Below, piece after piece: positions 1-10,750 of a stretch of DNA of 64,000 bases (position 1 is the stretch's first letter; every line of letters starts with the position of its first letter). The stretch is taken from the NCBI GenBank assembly GCA_965203465.1, contig CBDBCR010000001.1:544001-608000 (forward strand). The letters are read 5' to 3'. Both the position numbers and the translations under genes were made by a program. The DNA is from Nitrosopumilaceae archaeon. Its GTDB lineage: Archaea; Thermoproteota; Nitrososphaeria; Nitrososphaerales; Nitrosopumilaceae. The notes below the pieces were generated by a model. The model was not told the origin of the DNA. It made no database searches and was given only the letters and a program-made list of their open reading frames with translations.

Positions 1-1
1 A

Positions 2-1285
2 AAGATACCCGGCTTCGATCAGTGCCTCGAGGCGATGCTCGAATCGGGGCGCGTGCTGCAGACCGGCTCGCTCTCGACCAACTTCGGGTACAGCCGGCAG
101 CTGTTCACGAAGAAAAACTACCAGAGGCTGGCGGCCCAGGCCAGGAAGGAGGCGCTGCGCGCCGGCCGCACAAAGTTCTTCGGCCGCAGCGTCGAGGCGC
201 CCGTCTTCGTCTCGGAGCTCGACGGCCTCGGCCCCGAAGAGCAGGCCTCGAGGCTGGCGGGACTGGCCCTGGCAAGCTCGGCGCTGCTCTCGGAGCAGCC
301 AGGCTTTGACTTTGCCGCCGACGTCTCGCAGCGCAGGGCCGGCCAGGACGCCCTCGAGGAGCTGGGCATAACCTCTGCGAAACTGTGCTGCAAGGCCTCG
401 GTGGGCAGGCAGGTCAGCGCCTCGCTGGTGCGCAGGCTGGCGCGCGAGGCGCCGGCCGGCAGCCAGCCGGTCGTGTTCACGTGCGTCCCGGTCCCGCCGG
501 CCGCCGCCGAGCAGGCGCGGGCCAGCTCCGTGCTGGTAATAGAAAAGGCCGACCTGCTCAGGTGGTGCTCGCAGGTGGGCACCGTCCCGTGCAGGCCCGG
601 CTCGGTGGCCCGCGTCATGTACGGCGAGGGGACCGGCAGGGTGGGCACCGTAGAATCGGTCGACTGCCTGGCCGGCACCGCCCGGGTGCGGCTGATACCG
701 GAGGGCTCCGGCGAGTACCCCATCCGGTGCCTCAAGGACCTGCTGTGCGCGCCCGACGCCGAGGGCGCCGACGGGGGGTACGCGCAGATGCTCGGCTCGC
801 TGGCCCGCGCGGCCCCCGAGACGTTCGAGGACGGGATGGGCCTGCACGTGCTAAAGACGCACGCCACCGAGCGCGACATGCTAAAGAGCACAAAGCCGTA
901 CCTGTTCGGGCCCGGCCCGCAGCCCGAGGCCGGCAGCAGGTCGCGCCGCCAGGTGTACGCCGAGTTCGAAAACTCCATATGCGTGCGGATGGATACCCCC
1001 AAAAAGCACGAGCTGGGCGAGGTCTCGTGCACGTGCGGCCACCGGCTCGACCAGGAGCACTATTTCACGCTCTGCAGGCACATCGTGGCCGCGGCCAACC
1101 ACGTGGCGCGCGGCGGCTCCGTCATGATGCCCGACAGGGCGCGCCGCATAGCCAGGGTGAAAAAGTTCGCCGACCGGTTCAGGGAGGAGAGCGCGGCCAA
1201 CGCCGTCTCCGCGCTGTGCGACGTGCTCGATCCCGAATCCAGGCGGGCCCTAGGAGAGTACCTGCTCTCGCGCGCCGGCGGCTAG
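2..1285 (+). CDS. 5'-truncated multidomain protein: degenerate Mrr-type restriction-endonuclease-like domain, KOW/SH3-like domain and SWIM zinc finger
   Basis: Frame open from the window edge. 'FDFAAD...CCK..VGRQVSASLVRRL...VVFT...A...A..VLVIEKADLLRW' resembles Mrr_cat; 'PGSVARVMYGEGTGRVGTVESVD' is KOW-like; 'SCTC...CRHIVAA' is SWIM. Confidence 0.55.
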   Translation, partial: KIPGFDQCLEAMLESGRVLQTGSLSTNFGYSRQLFTKKNYQRLAAQARKEALRAGRTKFFGRSVEAPVFVSELDGLGPEEQASRLAGLALASSALLSEQPGFDFAADVSQRRAGQDALEELGITSAKLCCKASVGRQVSASLVRRLAREAPAGSQPVVFTCVPVPPAAAEQARASSVLVIEKADLLRWCSQVGTVPCRPGSVARVMYGEGTGRVGTVESVDCLAGTARVRLIPEGSGEYPIRCLKDLLCAPDAEGADGGYAQMLGSLARAAPETFEDGMGLHVLKTHATERDMLKSTKPYLFGPGPQPEAGSRSRRQVYAEFENSICVRMDTPKKHELGEVSCTCGHRLDQEHYFTLCRHIVAAANHVARGGSVMMPDRARRIARVKKFADRFREESAANAVSALCDVLDPESRRALGEYLLSRAGG

Positions 1286-2086
1286 CGCCTCGCGCCCAAG
1301 CCTCGCGACGGCGGCCCGGTCCATCGTGGCCAGCTGGGAATCGAGCTTTTCGAAGAGGGCCGCCATCTGCGGCTCGCCCCTCAGGGCGCCGAGCACGCGG
1401 GTGCGCCGGTCCCCCGAGGCGCGCGCCCTCTTTACGGGCTTGGGGCGGGCAGCCGGCTTTACTGGCCCGTCCTTCCTGTACCAGGGGTCGTAGCCGAGCC
1501 TCTCGAGCATGTGCTCCCACGAGCCGAACTCCTTTTCGTACTGCTCGGGGCCGAACCGCGGGCCGACCTCGTCCCTTGCCGGCACCCTGCCCAGCCTGCT
1601 CTTGGCTGCCTCGAACTCGGCCGCCAGCGACATCTTGTTGGGCTCGGGCGAGCGGGCCGTCTCCAGTATCCGGTCTATGGGGGCGCCGAACTCGTACTCG
1701 ATGTCGGCCACGCGCATGCGCGCGGGGAGCAGCTCGTCCATGCGCGCCGGATCGCCGGTCTGCGCCATGGCCCTGCCCAGGCCTGCCAGCATCAGGCCCC
1801 TGTGCTTGTTAAAGTAGGACAGGTCGGAGCTCTGGTGGCCCTCTTTTCTGGGCTTGTATATGGAGTTCCTCGGGACCCTGCGCAGCTGGTGGCCGCAGCA
1901 GCCGCAGAACCAGGCCGTCTTTTCGGGAGAGGCAGGCGAGCCGTCCCTCGAGCGGGCGCCGCGCCGGTCCAGCCAGACGTCGCAGGTCTGGCAGCGCACC
2001 TGCCCCGCCTGGTACCTGCTGCCGGTCCTGGGCCTCTTTGCGGCGTACCTCCTGCACGCGCCCTCGCACTTGCGCCCCTTTTCCAA
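1250..2086 (-). CDS. Cys-rich Zn-ribbon protein with homing-endonuclease-associated repeat
   Basis: N-terminal CEGAC..RY..GQVRCQTC..CGCC..LR..PRN motif typical of small thaumarchaeal proteins; C-terminal 'LGRVP...YEKEFGSWEHMLERLG' resembles the HNH-associated repeat. Confidence 0.55.
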   Translation of the reverse strand: MEKGRKCEGACRRYAAKRPRTGSRYQAGQVRCQTCDVWLDRRGARSRDGSPASPEKTAWFCGCCGHQLRRVPRNSIYKPRKEGHQSSDLSYFNKHRGLMLAGLGRAMAQTGDPARMDELLPARMRVADIEYEFGAPIDRILETARSPEPNKMSLAAEFEAAKSRLGRVPARDEVGPRFGPEQYEKEFGSWEHMLERLGYDPWYRKDGPVKPAARPKPVKRARASGDRRTRVLGALRGEPQMAALFEKLDSQLATMDRAAVARLGREALAAGAREQVLS

Positions 2087-2119
2087 CGCGGCCCCGGGGG
2101 GGCCCGCCCGTATATGAAC

Positions 2120-2889
2120 TCAGATCCGCGCGCCCATCGCGTCCGATACGGCCGCGCGGACGTATTCCGAAACGGCCTCGAACGGCGGCGGGCCGCCGGG
2201 CACGAGGTGCCTGAGGTCTTTTGTCCAGTGCCTCGACTTTTCGGGCAGCCTCTCGAGCAGCATGCCCAGATCGAACGCCTCGCCGTACGCCGACGCCGTC
2301 TTTGCCCTCAACCATGGCGGCGTCGATCCCGACGCCGCGCCGGTGCAGGAACCACACGTCGTGCAGGTGGCGCGGGTGCCTCGTGTACGCCAGGGCCCTG
2401 ACCTTTTCGGCCATGATCTCCCCTGCCGGCATGGCGGGGACGGAGAACGAGCCGAGGCCTTCGTACGAGTGCAGCACGGGCCTTGCCGCGCCCCCCGCCG
2501 CCACGTCCTCCCGCATGCTAGGTCTATCTTGATGTTCGTCGACCAATCGTCTGTCTGCCTGTACTTTACCTCGAACGCGGCGCTCTGGCCTTTTTTTCGA
2601 AATCGCGCACTTCGGTGAATTCGACGTCGAGGCCTTTCATGCTGTCCTCCACGAAACCTGCAAAATCGTCCGAAATGTCTTCCAGGCAGCTGAAATCCAG
2701 ATCCTCGGAGAACCTGAAATCTTCATAGTGCAACTTTTTGATCGACGTGCCGCCCTTGAAGACCATGCTGCCCAGCTTTGGGAACTCGGCTATCTTGGAC
2801 AGCAGGCTGGTGAGCGCGTAGTCTTTTTCCACGGTTCCATACGGCACGCAGTACCTGCCGGCCAGCGCCCTGACAAGGCCGATGTCCAT
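2120..2889 (-). pseudogene. abiEii: AbiEii/AbiGii nucleotidyltransferase toxin, frameshifted
   Basis: Motifs EKDY, FKGGTSIKK, RFSEDLDF, then IKIDL, EIMAEKVRAL and RHLHDVW occur in successive frames; frameshifts near 2595, 2520 and 2312. Confidence 0.85.
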
Positions 2890-3683
2890 CAGTGATCCAT
2901 CCAGTCGAGCAGCTCGGCGCGGGTTGCGTTCACCACCAATCCGTACTCCTTGGACATCGTGGCACCCTTTCTGCCGTAGAGGGGATCCAGCAGGTGGACC
3001 GATGTCTTTTTCATCCTGGCTATCTTGCGCGAAATCTCCCCTTCTATGTCCAGTACGGAGAGCAGGTAGCCTAGCCGCTTCAGGACCACATCCACCTGCA
3101 CCCTCTCTGCGGCCTCCAGAACTTCATGCCAGCAGACTTCTTTGCGCGCGCTCCACATGGCCTTGGTTATCTCTACTATGCCCCCGCAGTATTCCGAGTG
3201 CATCAGGCCGTCCACTATGGTCTTCTCCCTCGACGAGACGTTGAACTTTTTGCCCGAACCCGCGTCTTGCTGAGTAAAGCCGAAGAACTTTCTCTCCGCG
3301 AGCCTCACGAACTCGAACCGCTGCCCGCCGTACTCGAAATTCCGCTTTTTCTTGGTGGTCGCTACCAGCACCGTGTACGGTATCTGATCGGTCATTCCCC
3401 AAAAGTTCATGGCCGTCCAAAACCCCACTAGTACTGATCTATCAGGCGGGGCACTATGACTCCCGGGCGCTCTGCCCAGTACAGATCCGGCCCGGCCGCC
3501 GCCGGGACGAGCAGGTACCTGCTCCGTTCTATCCTCTGTATTCTTCTCTTGCCCGCCAGCCTATGCAGTGTGTGCCAGACCGAAGAGTCGCCGGTCCCGA
3601 GTATCTCTTTCGCGTCGTCCGTGGTAAACACTGGCAGGTTCTTCTGCTCCAGGCTGAGCATCAGCTTCGTCTCCAGGTTGATA

Positions 3684-4832
3684 TAGTATCTTAGATTGAC
3701 TTTGGGCAAAGATCTAAATAGCGGCACGCCGGGGGGGCCCCGTGGCGAGGAAGTTCCTTCCCAAAGTGACCATGGCCCGCCTGTGCGACATGCATCGGAA
3801 GGAAAAAGATCCAAAGGCACAAAGCAGGCTGGTGGTATGCATACAAAGGAAGCAGGGAAAGACCATCATGGAAATATCCAAGGGCTTAAACATTCCGCGC
3901 AGCACGGTGACCAACTGGATAAGGAACATCGAGAAGAACGGTCTGAACAAGAGATACGACATAAAGAACAAAGGGGCAGCGTGCAAGCTCACCAAGCGCC
4001 AGCTCAAGGCGCTCGAGCGGGATCTGGAAGCTGGGCCCGCGGCGATCGGACTCGGAGCGGGTGCTTGGACGATACCGCTGATCAGGACGCACATCAAGAA
4101 AAAGTTCGGCGTAGAGTACCATGTCCACTCCGTCTGGGATCTGGTGAACCGGCTGGGCTTCGTGTACATCAAGCCCCGCCCCCGCGACGCACGCGGGGCG
4201 TCTCCGGCAGAAATCAAGGATTTCAAAAAAAAGCTCACAGAACCGTAGCAATCTACGCTGGGCGCGGGCATCTGGCCGTTTCCTTTGACGAAATGCACGT
4301 ATCCATGCAGAGCGTGGTCCGGAAAGGATGGTACCGCAAGAAAAGGAGGAAGGGCAAGCGCGCCGAACAGGTCAGGGTCGACGTCACGGGCAGGCGGAAA
4401 GGCCGGGCCACCCTGCTCGGAGTCGTGGCGGCCGGAGGCCAGAGCTATTTCGAGTTCTGCGACACGGGCAACGCCAAGAACGTAGAGGCGTTCCTCATGA
4501 GGGCCTACAAAAAGCTGGGCAAGCTGCTGATCTACACGGACAACGCCTCGTACCACAGCGAAGCCGTGTTCCGGAGGCTGTACGAGAGAACCGACGGCGG
4601 CATCGTGGCGAGGTTCCTGCCAAAGTACACGCCGGAGCTTGCGCCGATCGAGTCCCAGTGGAGGGAAGTCAAGCGCTACATCGCCAACCAGTTTTTCGAC
4701 GACATCGAGCAGACAAAGAGAGAAGTGTTGAAAGCTCTGAGATCCGGCCGCATCAAAATCATAAAGATGCACGACTATCTCACGGCCTGATCGTTCGTGC
4801 TAAAAATTACCCAAAGTCAATCTAAGATACTA
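3684..4832 (+). mobile_element. Complete IS630-family insertion sequence
   Basis: Perfect inverted repeats (atatagtatcttagattgactttggg at 3681-3706, complement at 4810-4835, including flanking bases) and TA duplication at 3682-3683/4833-4834. Confidence 0.95.
3742..4790 (+). CDS. IS630 transposase, OrfA (HTH, 3742-4248) plus OrfB (DDE) joined by a -1 frameshift
   Basis: OrfA has HTH and 'WT...IKKKFGVEY'; OrfB has FDE, DNASYH and LPKYTPELAPIESQW; slippery A8G tract at 4225-4233. Confidence 0.9.
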
Positions 4833-5094
4833 TATTTCGAACCACGATACTTCCCTCTTGCGGAAGTATCGCGGCACAAAGTATATGAAAGTTGGTGTCG
4901 GGTACCGGGGGGAGGGGTGGACGAATTTCGGGATCACACGCGGGTTCGTATTTCGAACCACGATACTTTCGTTATACGGAAGTATCGCAGCACAAAGTAT
5001 GACGCCTGCGCCGGGCAAGGACGAGAGAGTCGGGATCGTGGGGGTTCTTTTGCGTCACGATGCTTCCCTTTTGTAGAAGTATCGCGGCACAAAG
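4833..5094. repeat. Three imperfect direct repeats, each with a 10-7-10 palindrome (CGATACTTCC-N7-GGAAGTATCG) followed by C(G/A)GCACAAAG
   Basis: Palindromes at 4845-4871, 4961-4987 and 5058-5084, upstream of abiEi. Confidence 0.85.
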
Positions 5095-5309
5095 CACGAC
5101 ATCTACTGGTGTACAAAAAGTAGTATACCTCGCCGGCCCGCCCCCGGCCGAAAAGGGCCGGACGAACCGGCTGGCGGACTCTATTTCGGTACAAGACGTA
5201 CAGTCCCGAAATCATTTCGCGCGCCAGCCCTCTGTTGTCCCAAAAACAGTATCGCCCCCGTAGGGAGGGGGGCCGCCTCAGTTATTTAGGGCGGGGCGGC
5301 CGCGCGCGC

Positions 5310-5981
5310 GTGGCGGACGTGCTGGCCATACACAACACGTGGAGGGAGGGGCTGGGCGGCCTGCGCCCCCTGCTCGAATCAGACGGCTTTTCCGTAGAGA
5401 GCGTGAGCGCCATGTCGGGGATACCGGAAGCCGACCCGTCCCTCGCGATAATACTGGGCGGCCCGCAGAGCGTGTCGGACGGCTCGCCGCACCTTTTGGC
5501 AGAGCAGGAGGCCATACGCGGGTACATGGAGAGGCGGGTTCCCGTGCTCGGCGTCTGCCTCGGCTCCCAGCTGATAGCCGCAGCGGCCGGCGGCAGGGTG
5601 GGGCGCGGGCCGGCCCCCGAGATCGGCTTTTACGAGGTGGGCCGCTCGGCGGATCCGCTGCTCTCCGGCCTGCCCGACCCGATGACCGTCTTCCACTGGC
5701 ACATGGACGGCATCGAGCCCCCGCCGGGCGCCGAGGTGCTGGCAAGCTCCGAAAAGTACCCCTGCCAGGCGTTCCGGGCGGGCTCGGCCGTCGGCGTGCA
5801 GTTCCACCTCGAAGTCGACGAGGCCATGGTGTCGCTGTGGCTGGACAACTCGACGGAGCTGCTCGCGAGGGCCGGCATCGACGCCGGAGCCGTCAGGGCG
5901 CAGATGCCCGAGGCGATGCCGCGCGTCCGGGAGGGGCTGCGGACCTTTTACGGCAACTTCAAATCGGCGTTCAAGCTATAA
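5310..5981 (+). CDS. Type 1 glutamine amidotransferase (GMP synthase GATase-like)
   Basis: [16 protein letters not shown] (catalytic Cys), QFHLE. Confidence 0.9.
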   Translation: MADVLAIHNTWREGLGGLRPLLESDGFSVESVSAMSGIPEADPSLAIILGGPQSVSDGSPHLLAEQEAIRGYMERRVPVLGVCLGSQLIAAAAGGRVGRGPAPEIGFYEVGRSADPLLSGLPDPMTVFHWHMDGIEPPPGAEVLASSEKYPCQAFRAGSAVGVQFHLEVDEAMVSLWLDNSTELLARAGIDAGAVRAQMPEAMPRVREGLRTFYGNFKSAFKL

Positions 5982-6007
5982 ATACGGAGCGCGGGGGCGG
6001 CGGGGAA

Positions 6008-8128
6008 ATGTCGGGCGTGTTCGAGCGGGCGATGAATTCGGAGCACCGCGTCATAACCGAAGACGACGCAAAGTCGCTGCTCAAAAAGTACGGCCTGCGC
6101 GTGCCCGAATGGGCGCTGGCCACCACGGCCGACGAGGCTGCCAGGCACGCCAAAAAGCTGGGCTTTCCGCTTGCCATGAAGGCGGTCTCGCCCCAGATAC
6201 TCCACAAGACCGACGTGGGCGGCGTCAAGGTGGGAGTCTCGTCTGCGCAGGAGGCAAGAAAGGTATTCGAGGACATGCACGGGCGCCTCTCCAAAAAGGG
6301 GCTGCGCGGGATACTGCTCGAAAAGATGGCGCCAAAGGGCGTCGAGCTGATAGTGGGGGTGCAAAACGATCCGCAGTTCGGGCCCGTCATCATGGTCGGC
6401 ATGGGCGGGGTGCTCACCGAGGTGCTAAAGGACGTCTCGTTCCGCATGTTGCCCATAACCCCGTCGGACGCGCGCTCGATGCTCCAAGAGCTGAAAGGGT
6501 ACCCGATGCTGCGCGGCTTCCGCGGCTCCGAGCCCGTCGATATACCGCTGCTCTGCAGGGCGCTGGTGCGCATGGGCAGGATGGCGATGGACCACGCCGA
6601 CTATATCGAGAGCGCCGACTTTAACCCGGTGATAGCCTACCCAAAGTCGCACTGCATAGTGGACGCAAAGATACTGCTCTCCAAGAAAAAGCGCCCCGCC
6701 GTCTCGCGTGCGCGGCCCGACAGGGAGCACATGGAAAAGTTCTTCACGCCCTCGTCGGTGGCCCTCGTCGGGGCATCGGCCACGCCCGGCAAGATAGGCA
6801 ACTCGATACTGGACAGTTTGGTGAACCACGACTACAAGGGCAGGGTGTACCCGGTCAACCCCAAGGTGGACAAGATATTCGGCAAAAAGTGCTACCCGTC
6901 GGTGGCGGCCATACCGGGCAGCGTGGACTTGGTGGTGATATCGGTGGACCTTTCGGTGACCCCGCAGGTGCTCGAAGAGTGCGCCAAAAAGGGGATACAC
7001 AACGCGGTGATCGTCTCGGGCGGGGGCAAGGAGCTTGGCGGCGAGCGCGCCGGGTACGAGGAGCAGGTGCGCCGCCTCTCGGCAGAGCACCGCATACGGA
7101 TAATCGGGCCCAACTGCATAGGCATGTTCAACGCGGCCAACCGGCTCGACTGCGCCTTCCAGGGGCAGGCGCGCATGGTGCGCGCCCGCAAGGGGGACGT
7201 GGCGCTGCTCTCGCAGAGCGGCACCATGGGGATAAGCTTCCTCGAGACGGCCGACGCGTTCGGCCTCTCAAAGATGGTCAGCTACGGCAACCGATCCGAC
7301 GTAGACGAGGCCGACATGATATGGTACCTGGCCTCGGACCCCGAGACGAAGGTGATAGCGCTGTACGTCGAGGGGTTCGGCGACGGGCGCAAGTTCGTGC
7401 GGACCGCAAAGCGCGTCATGAAGGAGGCCGGCAAGCCGGTCGTCGTGTGGAAGAGCGGGCGCACCGAGATAGGCGCCAAGCAGGCGGCCTCGCACACCGG
7501 ATCGCTGGGCGGCTCGGCCGCCGTCATAGCGGGGGCGTTCCGGCAGGCCGGCGTCATATCGGTGGACAGCTACCAGGAACTGGCCGCGGTCGCAAAGGCG
7601 CTCACCTGGCAGCCGCCGGCGAGGGGCAACAGGGCCGCCATGGCGAGCAACGGGGCCGGGCCCATGATAGGGGCCATGGACCACTTCGGGCGCCTGGGCC
7701 TGCGCGTGGCGCGCGTCTCGCCCGCCTCGCGCCGGGCCATGAAGTCGCACTTTCCGCCCACGTACGTGATAGGCAGCGGGAACCCGGCCGACGTGACCGG
7801 CGGGGCCAACGCCGACGACTACCGCTTCGTGATGCAGACGTTCATGGACGACGCGGGCGTCGACATCGTCATGCCCTGGTTCGTCTTCCAAGACGATCCG
7901 CTCGAGGAGACCATCGTGGACCACCTCGCGGCGTTCTCCAAAAAGCGCGAAAAGCCCGTCCTGGTGGGGGCAAACGGCGGGCCGTACACGCAAAAGATCT
8001 CGCGGCTCATAGAGAGCCACGGCGTGCCCGTCTACGACGACCTGCGCGACTGGGTGGCCGCCGCCTCGGCCCTCGCGCAGTGGGGGCGGCGGCTCGGGGC
8101 GGCTGGACGCGGGCGCCCCGCGCGGTAG
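6008..8128 (+). CDS. 3-hydroxypropionyl-CoA synthetase (ADP-forming), HP/HB carbon fixation cycle
   Basis: ATP-grasp N-terminus (HKTDVGGV) followed by CoA-binding domains (GPNCIG, SQSG, ASHTG); closely resembles recalled Nitrosopumilus Nmar_1309. Confidence 0.88.
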   Translation: MSGVFERAMNSEHRVITEDDAKSLLKKYGLRVPEWALATTADEAARHAKKLGFPLAMKAVSPQILHKTDVGGVKVGVSSAQEARKVFEDMHGRLSKKGLRGILLEKMAPKGVELIVGVQNDPQFGPVIMVGMGGVLTEVLKDVSFRMLPITPSDARSMLQELKGYPMLRGFRGSEPVDIPLLCRALVRMGRMAMDHADYIESADFNPVIAYPKSHCIVDAKILLSKKKRPAVSRARPDREHMEKFFTPSSVALVGASATPGKIGNSILDSLVNHDYKGRVYPVNPKVDKIFGKKCYPSVAAIPGSVDLVVISVDLSVTPQVLEECAKKGIHNAVIVSGGGKELGGERAGYEEQVRRLSAEHRIRIIGPNCIGMFNAANRLDCAFQGQARMVRARKGDVALLSQSGTMGISFLETADAFGLSKMVSYGNRSDVDEADMIWYLASDPETKVIALYVEGFGDGRKFVRTAKRVMKEAGKPVVVWKSGRTEIGAKQAASHTGSLGGSAAVIAGAFRQAGVISVDSYQELAAVAKALTWQPPARGNRAAMASNGAGPMIGAMDHFGRLGLRVARVSPASRRAMKSHFPPTYVIGSGNPADVTGGANADDYRFVMQTFMDDAGVDIVMPWFVFQDDPLEETIVDHLAAFSKKREKPVLVGANGGPYTQKISRLIESHGVPVYDDLRDWVAAASALAQWGRRLGAAGRGRPAR

Positions 8129-8496
8129 GGCGCGGCAGGCCGGGCTGCAGGACAACTTTTCGCAGCGCGGAGGCCTGGCGGGCGGCGCGCATCCGACCGC
8201 TTTAGTTAGCGGTTGCCGCACCCGCATACTTTCGCCCGTGTCTGGCACGCGCGCGGCCTTGGCATCCCGTATCGGCTTGGATTCCCCGACAGGTTTTGTC
8301 AGGCGGCGCCCGAACCGGCATCTGCGCCTCGCCCGCTTGTTCGGGATCGTCGAGGCCCTCTGCCTATTCAGATCGCAGATACCGATCGAGCGCTTCGCTT
8401 GGTTTGTTTTTCCAGTTTGCGCTTCACGACAGAGCTTGACACCGCTCTCTCGCTAGGCGCTTGACGCATTCTATGCGTTCTTGTGCTGTCTGTACT

Positions 8497-9017
8497 TCAG
8501 CCAGCGTTTCCGGATTCGATCTCTTCTACCATGCGCTCGATTTCGGGGTTGAAGCACGCTCCGTCTTCAGAACCAACGTCCGTTACTTCGCCCTTTGTCC
8601 CATTCTTCGCGTATTGCGGGCAGCCTGCATATATTCCGCCGATGATCTTTTTTAGCGATTTTTTGTTGAGGTTGACAAACGTCTCGTAGGTGCGATTCGC
8701 GAGGCCGCCGTGGGCCTCCATCAAGCGCGGCTGTCTCTTGGCGCCTTTTGGCCCGAGGCTGTACACGTCCACCGCGCGGCACCCGATCTCGCGGGGCTCG
8801 ATCTTGACCGCCCCCGTCCTTACAGCTTTGTGTAGATCGCCCGCGAGATCCGCGCTGTACGGCCCGTAGCGGTACGCCTCCCAGTCGGAATAGAATCCGA
8901 GGGGCTTCAGTTCTGCACGGTAGAGCTGGCGTGCCAGAAACCGCATTTCTGCAACCGCGTCCTGCCCGCGACGGCGGTCCGTTTGATCAGAAAAACAAGC
9001 TTGTCGACTCTTTCCAA
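8497..9017 (-). pseudogene. DUF4065/SocA-like (Panacea-type) antitoxin, frameshifted
   Basis: 'GRTRLQKCGF' in one frame continues as 'LARQLY...WEAYRYGPYSADL' in another; shift near 8938. Confidence 0.65.
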
Positions 9018-9239
9018 CGTCTGCCGCCTGCGGCGCCCGTATCTGAACCGGACGGCGATCCCGGGGCAACCGGCAGGGCCGGGCCCGCGTTCGGCCGCGC
9101 GTCGATCCGCGCGCGACGCGAATCGGGCCGTTTCGCGGGGGGCCGGCGGATCCCCCCGGCCGAACGCGCTTCGCGCCGGCGCCTGAGCGGGGCAAACCGC
9201 GCCGCCACGTTTTTGTAGCGGGGCCCGCCCGGGCCGGGC

Positions 9240-9419
9240 ATGAAGGAGGATCCCGGAATCAACGAGCTGAGCACCGAGCTTGCGCAGCGGGTGGTCGTCT
9301 TGGAGTTCAAGATAGAGCAGATGATGAAGGCGCTTGCCCGCATCGAGCGGGCCGTGGGCGCCGGCAGGCAGGGCCAGGCCCACCTGCGGCTGGACCAGCA
9401 CGCCTGGGCGCCTTCGTGA
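9240..9419 (+). CDS. Small hypothetical coiled-coil protein (59 aa)
   Basis: ATG..TGA, MKEDPGINELSTELAQRVVVLEFKIEQMMKAL..., coding-like composition. Confidence 0.5.
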   Translation: MKEDPGINELSTELAQRVVVLEFKIEQMMKALARIERAVGAGRQGQAHLRLDQHAWAPS

Positions 9420-9509
9420 ACCCGCCGGGTTCCGGGGGGCCCGGGCGCCGCGCCGGCTCAAGAGCGGCCGGCGCTCAAGGTTTTTAGCGAGCAGATCCGC
9501 GGGGCCCCC

Positions 9510-10037
9510 GTGGTCACGATAAACGAGTTCCTCGTCATGGGGGGGTTCATCACCAACCTGCTCGGCGTGGTGGTCTCGGCGGTGCTGACCGTGATAGTCG
9601 TAAAGTACCAGAACAGGCAGAGGGACACGGCCGAGCGCTTCCACGGGGTCGAGATAGACGACAACATACAGAGCATGGGGGACATCTTCGACGCGGTCAT
9701 ACACGCCTCCAGGCACTCGAGCAGCAGGCCCGAGGACGTGGAGCTGGCCACGTACGCGCTGGAAAAGTACTACAAGCACAACGCCAGCCGCATAACGGCG
9801 CTAGTGCAGTCTACCGAGACTCACATAGACCAGCTGCTCAGCATGGACCCCGAGCAGCGCGCCGACCTGCTCGCGGCCGTGAGGGCGCTGCAGTGGCTCG
9901 TAGAGGAGTACTATCCGCCGCGCACCTCGTTCAACACCAAAAAGAGGATCTGGGCCAAGCAGTACGACATGCTGTTCGAAAAGCGCAACGTGATCAGCCG
10001 CGCGCACAAGAGGATGGAAGAGGCGGGCATAACGTGA
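9510..10037 (+). CDS. Hypothetical membrane-anchored protein
   Basis: N-terminal TM helix, natural composition. Confidence 0.7.
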   Translation: MVTINEFLVMGGFITNLLGVVVSAVLTVIVVKYQNRQRDTAERFHGVEIDDNIQSMGDIFDAVIHASRHSSSRPEDVELATYALEKYYKHNASRITALVQSTETHIDQLLSMDPEQRADLLAAVRALQWLVEEYYPPRTSFNTKKRIWAKQYDMLFEKRNVISRAHKRMEEAGIT

Positions 10038-10750
10038 GGCTCGGATGGCGCGCGGCACTGCTGCTGGCGCTGCCCGCCGCGCTCCCCGCGTGCGCCGAGG
10101 TGTACGTGGAAAACGAGCGCGTCTACGAGGGGCCGGACGGCAGCTACCGCATAGTCGGCGAGGTGGTCAACGGCCTGGAATACGCGGTCAGCGGCGTGAC
10201 CGTGCGCGCCTCGCACGGGGGCGGCGAGTCCTCGTCGGGCGCGCTGGCAAGGACGCTGCCGCCGGGCCTGAGGGCGCCGTTCGAGATAGCCGTCGAGGGC
10301 GGCGCCGGCGCGTACGATCTGGACGCGAGCTACGCCATAGGGGCGCCGCGCAGCCAGGTCATGGAGGTGACCGACTCGGAGCTTGCCAGCGCGGCCGGCA
10401 TGACGGTGATACGGGGGACCGTCGCAAACAACGGCGAGATCACGGCAAACGGGGTCTCGATAACCGCGACCCTGTACGGCAGGGACGGGGGCGTGGTGGC
10501 CGTGGCAGGCCCGCACGCCGGGCCCGACTACCTCCCGAGCGGCGGCGAGGCGCGCTTCGTGGTGCCGGTGCGCGAGGTGGCGGGCGAGGCGGTCTCGTAC
10601 TCGCTGGTCGCCGAATCCGAAGAATACGCGGCGGTCCCCGAGTTTTCGCTGGCGCCCGGCCTGCTGCTGGCCGGCTCGGCCGCCGGGTACGTGGCCGCCT
10701 CCAGGCTCACAGCAGGCCCGCCGCGCGCAGCCGGTCGAGCAGCGGGGTGA
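10034..10750 (+). CDS. Exported FxLYD-domain protein with PEF-CTERM sorting signal
   Basis: Signal peptide, two Ig-like repeats (IVGEVVN, IRGTVAN, ATLYGRDG), C-terminal VPEF plus hydrophobic helix. Confidence 0.75.
   Translation: MRLGWRAALLLALPAALPACAEVYVENERVYEGPDGSYRIVGEVVNGLEYAVSGVTVRASHGGGESSSGALARTLPPGLRAPFEIAVEGGAGAYDLDASYAIGAPRSQVMEVTDSELASAAGMTVIRGTVANNGEITANGVSITATLYGRDGGVVAVAGPHAGPDYLPSGGEARFVVPVREVAGEAVSYSLVAESEEYAAVPEFSLAPGLLLAGSAAGYVAASRLTAGPPRAAGRAAG

Larger units (their letters stand above)
2889..4845 (-). pseudogene. abiEi: AbiEi-family antitoxin (wHTH + AbiEi C-terminal domain), interrupted by IS630 and frameshifted
   Basis: 'VFTTDDAKEILG...LHRLAGKRRIQRIERSRY' then 'GFWTAMNFWGMTDQIP...SREKTIVD'; frame break at ~3428. 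Removing the IS rejoins GTG(4845)-VRN-INLETKL. Confidence 0.85.

Noticed and set aside
4833-5094. Possible CRISPR mini-array
   Set aside because: Only three degenerate units with long, uneven spacing and no cas genes; better explained as duplicated operator/promoter DNA.
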